A stretch of DNA of 64,000 nt, taken from positions 2,427-66,426 of the forward strand of contig CALVIR010000004.1 in assembly GCA_944331915.1 (NCBI GenBank), read 5' to 3'. Every line of letters starts with the position of its first letter. Position 1 is the first letter of the stretch. Shown in pieces: positions 58,691 to 64,000 of this stretch. Below the pieces are notes generated by a model. That model worked only from the letters and a program-made list of their open reading frames with translations. It was not told where the DNA came from and did not search any database. This DNA comes from an uncultured Bacilli bacterium (lineage in GTDB: Bacteria > Bacillota_I > Bacilli_A > RF39 > UBA660). Made by a program: the position numbers and the translations under genes.

Positions 58691-58876
58691 GTGGGTAAAC
58701 TAAATAATAGGGGCTTTGGTATGGCCACAATGCTGGCATTTATTATCTTTTTTATCATCGTTTTAATTGCTATTATGGTCTTAGCATATGATAATGGAGT
58801 TGAAAAAGATTCACCAACTAAAGCCGTAGAAAGAAAAGACAATATGTTTGTCTCACCAAATGAAGAGGAGGAATAA
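58691..58876 (+). CDS. Small single-pass membrane protein (61 aa)
   Basis: AGGAG lies 8 nt before the GTG start. Hydrophobic helix [23 protein letters not shown], acidic tail. Ends 2 nt before the gap start. Confidence 0.45.
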   Translation: MGKLNNRGFGMATMLAFIIFFIIVLIAIMVLAYDNGVEKDSPTKAVERKDNMFVSPNEEEE

Positions 58877-58877
58877 A

Positions 58878-59882
58878 ATGAAAAAAATTGCAATTAATGG
58901 ATTTGGAAGAATAGGACGTTTAGCTTTAAGATTACTTATTGATAACCCTGATATGGAGGTAGTTGCTATTAATGACTTAACTGATGCCGAACAACTAGCT
59001 TATCTACTAAAATATGATACCTCACATCGTCGTTTTATCCCTGATGAGATTTCTTTTGAAGATGACTATCTTATCGTAAAAGATAAAAAAATTAAAGTTT
59101 ATGCTGAAACTGATCCTACTAATTTACCATGGAAAGATCTTGGCATTGACTTAGTTTTAGAATGTACAGGCCGTTTCACAAGTGAAGAAAAAGCCATGGC
59201 TCATATTACTGCTGGAGCAAAAAAAGTTTTAATCTCTGCTCCTGCTAAAGGTAATATTAAAACAATCGTTTACAACGTTAACCATGACATTTTAGATGGC
59301 AGTGAACAAATCGTTTCTGCCGCTAGTTGTACTACTAACTGTCTAGCCCCTGTTCTAAAAGTAATGGATGATGTTTTTGGTATTAAACAAGGATATATGA
59401 CAACAGTTCATGCTTATACTAACGACCAAGCTACTCTAGATGTTGCCCATAAAAAAGGAATTTACTCTCGTCGTGGTAGAGCTAGTGCTGCTAATATTGT
59501 CCCTGCCTCAACTGGCGCTGCTAGTGCTATTGGCAAAGTTCTACCTAATCTTGAAGGCAAAATGGAAGGAACGGCAATGCGTGTACCTGTTACAACTGGT
59601 TCTGTTGTTGATTTAGTTCTTAAACTAAAGAAAAACACAACTGTTGAAGAAATAAATGAAGCCCTAAAGAGTCATACCAATGAAACTCTAGGTTATACAA
59701 CTGATCCAATCGTTTCTAGTGACACTATAGGTATGCATTATGGTAGCCTTGTTGACAGTTTACTTACCTCAATAAGTGAAGTTGATGGTGAACAACTAGT
59801 AAAAGTAGTCGCTTGGTATGATAACGAAATGAGTTATACTGCTCAATACATTAGAGTAGCTGCTTATCTTTTAAATCTATAA
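58878..59882 (+). CDS. gap: Type I glyceraldehyde-3-phosphate dehydrogenase
   Basis: INGFGRIGR, active site [28 protein letters not shown]. Confidence 0.96.
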   Translation: MKKIAINGFGRIGRLALRLLIDNPDMEVVAINDLTDAEQLAYLLKYDTSHRRFIPDEISFEDDYLIVKDKKIKVYAETDPTNLPWKDLGIDLVLECTGRFTSEEKAMAHITAGAKKVLISAPAKGNIKTIVYNVNHDILDGSEQIVSAASCTTNCLAPVLKVMDDVFGIKQGYMTTVHAYTNDQATLDVAHKKGIYSRRGRASAANIVPASTGAASAIGKVLPNLEGKMEGTAMRVPVTTGSVVDLVLKLKKNTTVEEINEALKSHTNETLGYTTDPIVSSDTIGMHYGSLVDSLLTSISEVDGEQLVKVVAWYDNEMSYTAQYIRVAAYLLNL

Positions 59883-59888
59883 CTATAA

Positions 59889-59915
59889 AGATGTGCTTAT
59901 AACACGTCTTTTTTC
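59889..59915 (+). terminator. Terminator or attenuator after gap
   Basis: AGATGTG(n7)CACGTCT (one G-U pair), then TTTTTT. Confidence 0.6.
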
Positions 59916-60027
59916 TTTACCCACAATCTATAAAAATAACTAGTAACCTTGAAAAAATAATTAAAACAAGCTACAATTAGATAAAGGGAATAGTATAGAC
60001 TATTCCTAAATAAAAAGGAGCCTGAAA

Positions 60028-61206
60028 ATGAAACAAACAATTAAAAATATCGATATTAAAAATAAAAAAGTAATTATTAGATGTGACTTTAATGTCCCTT
60101 TAAAAGATGGACAAATAACAGATGATACGAGGATTGTAAAAAGCCTCCCAACAATCAAATATGCATTAGAAAATAATGCTAAAATAATATTAATGTCCCA
60201 TTTAGGACGAGTTAAAACTGAAGAAGATAAAGTAAAAAACAATTTAGAGCCTGTTGCTAAAAGACTAAGCGAATTATTATCACAACCTGTAACCTTTATA
60301 AATGAAACAAGAGGAGAAGCTTTAGAGACTGCCATCGCTAAGATGCAACCTAAAGATATAATTCTTATGCAAAATACAAGATATGAAGATTTAGATGGTA
60401 AAAAAGAAAGTAATTGTGATATGGATCTTGCTAAATATTGGGCTAGCTTAGGTGATATCTTTATAAACGATGCCTTTGGAACTCTTCATCGTGCTCATGC
60501 TTCAAATGTCGGTATTAGTACGTATTTACCTAGTGCTATCGGATTACTAGTTGAACAAGAGCTAACTGCTTTATCTTACCTTTTTGATCCTGACAAACCA
60601 TTTATTATAATATTAGGTGGAGCTAAAGTTAGTGATAAAATTGGTCTAATTAAAAATTTAGTTTCTAAATGTGATAAAATCTTAATAGGTGGTGGCATGG
60701 CCTTTACCTTCTTAAAAGCTGAAGGATTTAATGTTGGTACCTCCCTTCTAGATGAAGAATCACTTGCATTCTGTAAAGAAATAATAAATACTAATCCCGA
60801 TAAAATAATCTTACCTGTTGATGTTGTTTGTAATAATAGTTATGCTGATGAAAAAGGAACTATAAAAGATATAACAGAACTAACTGATCAAGAAATGGGA
60901 CTAGATATTGGACCAAAAACTGTTAATATCTTTAAAAATAACTTAAGTACTGCCAAAACTGTTCTCTGGAATGGCCCTTTAGGAGTCTATGAGTTTAAAA
61001 ACTATATCAAAGGAACCAATGATATTTTAACCTATCTAACAGAATCAAAAGCGAAAACAGTCCTAGGTGGTGGAGATATTGTCGCTGCTGCTAGCAGTTG
61101 TCAAGTTACAGATAAACTATATCATATTTCAACAGGAGGAGGAGCTACTCTAGAATTCTTAGAAGGTAAAGAACTACCAGGACTAAAAAATATTAAAGAG
61201 GCATAA
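60028..61206 (+). CDS. pgk: Phosphoglycerate kinase
   Basis: RCDFNVP, MSHLGR, GGAKVSDKI and STGGGA motifs. Confidence 0.97.
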   Translation: MKQTIKNIDIKNKKVIIRCDFNVPLKDGQITDDTRIVKSLPTIKYALENNAKIILMSHLGRVKTEEDKVKNNLEPVAKRLSELLSQPVTFINETRGEALETAIAKMQPKDIILMQNTRYEDLDGKKESNCDMDLAKYWASLGDIFINDAFGTLHRAHASNVGISTYLPSAIGLLVEQELTALSYLFDPDKPFIIILGGAKVSDKIGLIKNLVSKCDKILIGGGMAFTFLKAEGFNVGTSLLDEESLAFCKEIINTNPDKIILPVDVVCNNSYADEKGTIKDITELTDQEMGLDIGPKTVNIFKNNLSTAKTVLWNGPLGVYEFKNYIKGTNDILTYLTESKAKTVLGGGDIVAAASSCQVTDKLYHISTGGGATLEFLEGKELPGLKNIKEA

Positions 61207-61207
61207 A

Positions 61208-61693
61208 ATGGAGAAGGTTGAATTATTAAATCCTTATGATGATAGACAATTAGAAAGTTTTAATGACTTTTGCCTCTATAACGACCTTCCAAATCTGGCT
61301 AAATCTTTACAAGAAAAGACCAAGAGTCAAACAGAACAAGATTATTTTCGCTCTTTACAGCTATCCTATGTAACTGACAGCTATCTCTTAGAAATAAAAG
61401 ATAAAAAAGTAACAGATTACTGCTATATTCATAGTGAAAAAGATACTAAAAAGGCGATAATAACTTATCCTGAACTTTTAAAGGGTCATCATCATAAACA
61501 ATTTCTTAAAGAAAGTATCGCTTATGTTTTAAATGATTTAAATATGGAAGAGTTGTTTTTAACCATTCCTACTGAGGATATAACTATAAATAAAGCCTTT
61601 ACAAGTTTAGGTTATCTTCCTATAGATCAAGAAGACTCTTTAACAGCCTATTTTCTTTCAAAAGATGAAAAAATAAAAACTAATATTAAATAA
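61208..61693 (+). CDS. Hypothetical protein (161 aa; possibly a degenerate GNAT-like fold)
   Basis: ORF starting 2 nt after the pgk stop. The C-terminal ...EELFLTIPTEDITINKAFTSLGY faintly resembles GNAT motif A/B. Not a secure call. Confidence 0.45.
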   Translation: MEKVELLNPYDDRQLESFNDFCLYNDLPNLAKSLQEKTKSQTEQDYFRSLQLSYVTDSYLLEIKDKKVTDYCYIHSEKDTKKAIITYPELLKGHHHKQFLKESIAYVLNDLNMEELFLTIPTEDITINKAFTSLGYLPIDQEDSLTAYFLSKDEKIKTNIK

Positions 61694-61723
61694 TTGTAAG
61701 TATAATTAAGAAAGGAGCTTAAT

Positions 61724-62971
61724 ATGAGAGTAGGGTTATTTACTGATGCATATCCACCATTTGTTAATGGAGTAAGTACAAGTGTTGAAACCTTAAAACA
61801 TGCTTTAGAACAACAAGGTCATACTGTATATATAGTAACTGTTGGACAAGATGCCAAAACTTATAATTACGATGAAGAGGAGAAAGTATTACGAATACCT
61901 GGTATTCCTTTAGGTATCTATGATTATCGTATGTCAAGTTTTTATCCTTTAAAAGTTATTAATAAAATTAAAGCTTGGAACTTAGATATAATTCATTCAC
62001 ATACCGAATTAAGTATGGGTATTTTTGCTCGTCTTATCGCTAAACAATATAATATTCCCCTTGTTCATACTTACCACACTATGTATAAAGATTATACTTG
62101 GTATGTTTCTAGAAATATAAAATTCTTTGATCTAGGATGTAAGAAAGCTGTTGAATACTTAAGTAAATTCTATTGTGATAACACTGCTGATGCCTTTATT
62201 GTTCCTACTTTAAAAACCTATCATCTCTTTCGTGATGAATATCATTATGATAAAGAAATCTATGTTGTTCCAACAGGAGTTGATGCTAGTAGATTTTATA
62301 AAGAAAATGGCTCTAAATTAAAAATAGCTAAACTAAGAAGAGAATATGGTTATAAACATAAAGACTTTGTTCTTTTATATGTAGGAAGACTTGCTCAAGA
62401 AAAAAATGTTCCTTTCTTATTTGATGTAGTTGAAAAAGCTAGAAAGAAAAACTCCAACATTAAATTATTAGTTGTTGGTTATGGTCCTGATGAAGAAAAG
62501 TATCGGAAAATGGTAAAAGATAAAAACTTAGACGAGGTAATTAAATTTACTGGCAAAGTTCCATGGCAAGAGATGCCTAGCTATTATCAATTAGCCAGTG
62601 CTTTCATTACAGCCTCTGTTACTGAAACCCAAGGTCTTACTGTTATTGAAGCCTTAGCTGCCTCATTACCAGTTATTTGTATAGATGATCCTGCTTTTAG
62701 AAGCGCTGTTGATGATAATTATAATGGTCGAATCTTTAAGACTCAAGATGAATGTGTTGATATTATTGTCTCTCTTGCTTCTAATCCTAAGGAGCTAGCT
62801 AGTCTTAGTTCTAAAGCTTTCCCATCTATTAAAAAATTCACCCTAGAACAATTTGCTAATAGTGTAATAGAAGTATATAAAGCTGCTACTATAAATCATC
62901 AAAAGAAACAAAGCTTACCAAATAGAATTATTAACAAAATAAAAAGTATCTGGAAAGGAGATAAATCATGA
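61724..62971 (+). CDS. GT4 family glycosyltransferase, diacylglycerol glucosyltransferase (alMGS)-like
   Basis: MRVGLFTDAYPPFVNGVSTSV...GH.VYIVT N-terminus, as in GT4 glycolipid synthases, and an E(x7)E-type region (TETQGLTVIEALA). Confidence 0.8.
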   Translation: MRVGLFTDAYPPFVNGVSTSVETLKHALEQQGHTVYIVTVGQDAKTYNYDEEEKVLRIPGIPLGIYDYRMSSFYPLKVINKIKAWNLDIIHSHTELSMGIFARLIAKQYNIPLVHTYHTMYKDYTWYVSRNIKFFDLGCKKAVEYLSKFYCDNTADAFIVPTLKTYHLFRDEYHYDKEIYVVPTGVDASRFYKENGSKLKIAKLRREYGYKHKDFVLLYVGRLAQEKNVPFLFDVVEKARKKNSNIKLLVVGYGPDEEKYRKMVKDKNLDEVIKFTGKVPWQEMPSYYQLASAFITASVTETQGLTVIEALAASLPVICIDDPAFRSAVDDNYNGRIFKTQDECVDIIVSLASNPKELASLSSKAFPSIKKFTLEQFANSVIEVYKAATINHQKKQSLPNRIINKIKSIWKGDKS

Positions 62972-63651
62972 TTATTGCTCTAAATCATAAAAGTAATTTT
63001 ACTAAAGAAGAATTTCTAAGCTACTTAACTAATTATAAAGCCCTTAATAGTTACAACCATGATTTACTACTATTTCCTTCCTCTTGCTATTTCCCACTTA
63101 TTACAAATACAATCTTTGGCTCTCAAGATGTAAGTTGTTATCAAGAAGGTTCATATACTGGAGAAATATCAGCTAAAGCTATAAAATCTTTAGGAGCTAC
63201 TTACACTCTAATTAATCATAGTGAAAGACTAACTAAATTAAATGAGACCTTAGATATAAGTAAAAAGAAACTGGAGCAAGCTCTATCTAATAATCTTATT
63301 CCTATAATCTGTATTGGAGATACAAAAGAAGAACATGATGCTGGGACCTATGTTGAAAAGATAAAAAAAGATTTAGACTATCTCTTAGAAGACATTGATA
63401 AATCTAAAGAATTTATTATCGCATATGAACCTATTTTTGCTATCGGTACAGGTCTAATACCCACTAATGAAGACATTGAAAAAGTTACAACCATGTTAAA
63501 AGATACCTACCATAAGCAAGTTCTTTATGGTGGTAGTGCCAATGAAGAAAATATTGAAACTCTAAAACAACTTAAAAATATTGATGGCTTTCTTTTAGGA
63601 GGCATTTCTCTAAAATTACCTTCTTTACAAGAACTATTAAACAAATTATAA
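62968..63651 (+). CDS. tpiA: Triosephosphate isomerase (short form)
   Basis: NHK, GEISA..I..LGA.Y.LINHSER, AYEPIFAIGTG and YGGS motifs. Overlaps the GT4 stop. Confidence 0.9.
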   Translation: MIIALNHKSNFTKEEFLSYLTNYKALNSYNHDLLLFPSSCYFPLITNTIFGSQDVSCYQEGSYTGEISAKAIKSLGATYTLINHSERLTKLNETLDISKKKLEQALSNNLIPIICIGDTKEEHDAGTYVEKIKKDLDYLLEDIDKSKEFIIAYEPIFAIGTGLIPTNEDIEKVTTMLKDTYHKQVLYGGSANEENIETLKQLKNIDGFLLGGISLKLPSLQELLNKL

Positions 63652-63676
63652 TACTCATACAAGAGGAGATGAAATT

Positions 63677-64000
63677 ATGCTAAATAGTAATGATTTAGTA
63701 AAAATTAGAGAAGATGTGCTTAAAGAATATTATGAAAAATATACTGTAGAAGAATATTTATATAACAATGCAAAAGAATATCTTGATAATGTATCAAAGA
63801 TATTTGCAGAAAAAGCCAAATATGATATAGAAAGTACTGAAATAATATGCTGTGGCTTTGGAAGAATGCTAACTACAGAAAATAAAGAAATATCGAAACT
63901 TTTCTGTAATCAAGTATCGTCTAAAGAGTCAAAAAATTTTAAGACTGAATATATAGATGAAATATCAAACGGAGAAGATCCAATTTTCTATTTTGATTAT
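63677..64000 (+). CDS. Hypothetical protein, 5' part only (runs off window)
   Basis: Open frame from ATG 63677 (RBS AGAGGAG) to the window end: MLNSNDLVKIREDVLKEYYEKY... No motif recognised. Confidence 0.45.
   Translation, partial: MLNSNDLVKIREDVLKEYYEKYTVEEYLYNNAKEYLDNVSKIFAEKAKYDIESTEIICCGFGRMLTTENKEISKLFCNQVSSKESKNFKTEYIDEISNGEDPIFYFDY

Noticed and set aside
58691-58876. The small membrane protein was considered as a type IV prepilin/competence pseudopilin because of ..[15 protein letters not shown].
   Set aside because: It lacks the G-F-T-L-x-E class III signal, having no Glu at +5 and no matching cleavage context. No pilus or competence genes lie nearby.
1-64000. The extreme AT-richness and some Mollicutes-like genes suggested genetic code 4 (TGA read as Trp).
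   Set aside because: TGA clearly terminates well-aligned genes such as rlmH, prfA and ftsE. RF2 (prfB) is present with its TGA-dependent frameshift site. No conserved protein needs TGA readthrough to reach normal length.
1-64000. I searched by eye for rRNA, tRNA, CRISPR arrays, transposases and integrases.
   Set aside because: There are no T-loop/acceptor-like tRNA signatures in the intergenic regions and no spaced repeat arrays. No ORF has recombinase or transposase motifs. The longer intergenic regions (21656-21874, 27747-27999, 32213-32433, 34267-34357) are AT-rich and lack convincing structure.

Overview
This is a very AT-rich window (about 30% GC by eye, not computed) from the chromosome of a low-GC Gram-positive, endospore-forming bacterium (Bacillota). 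Gene content loosely resembles Erysipelotrichia or Clostridia-like genomes. The standard bacterial code applies: TGA terminates several clear genes and RF2 is present.

About 70 protein genes are supported, almost all on the + strand and mostly core housekeeping:
- ssb(3' end)-rpsR-DHH-rplI-dnaB
- rlmH, ung, PBP1A, argS, rpoE
- prfA-prmC, spoIIR, mntP, fba-murA, rpmE, rpiB
- spoIIQ-like, mreB, tagO, csp
- hpf-secA-prfB, where prfB needs its programmed +1 frameshift
- tandem YitT paralogs, ftsEX plus a coiled-coil M23 hydrolase, uvrB
- secE-nusG-rplKAJL, rpoBC, gap-pgk-tpiA

I saw no rRNA, tRNA, CRISPR array, transposase or integrase.

Five accessory features interrupt this backbone:
1. A roughly 2.2 kb three-gene operon (a CYTH/triphosphate-tunnel protein plus two proteins with no recognisable motifs) sits between a radical-SAM gene and secE. 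It is bounded by exact 25-nt direct repeats and has its own promoter and terminator. This is my best candidate for an undescribed system.
2. A roughly 2.6 kb insertion splits the normally adjacent secA and prfB. It carries a transglutaminase-like protein whose frame continues through a single TAA into the next ORF, plus a MazG-like pseudogene frameshifted in an A6 run.
3. A complete agr-type quorum-sensing locus includes a 39-aa AgrD precursor that the ORF track missed.
4. An orphan minus-strand gene between hpf and secA has a near-leaderless transcript.
5. Two non-glycolytic genes are wedged between pgk and tpiA.

Smaller signals include a 4 x 9-nt tandem repeat in the rplK leader, an L10-type leader/attenuator, and a highly nucleotide-identical patch shared by prfA and prfB.

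All functional calls rest on motifs I recognise by reading the translations. No database search was run.
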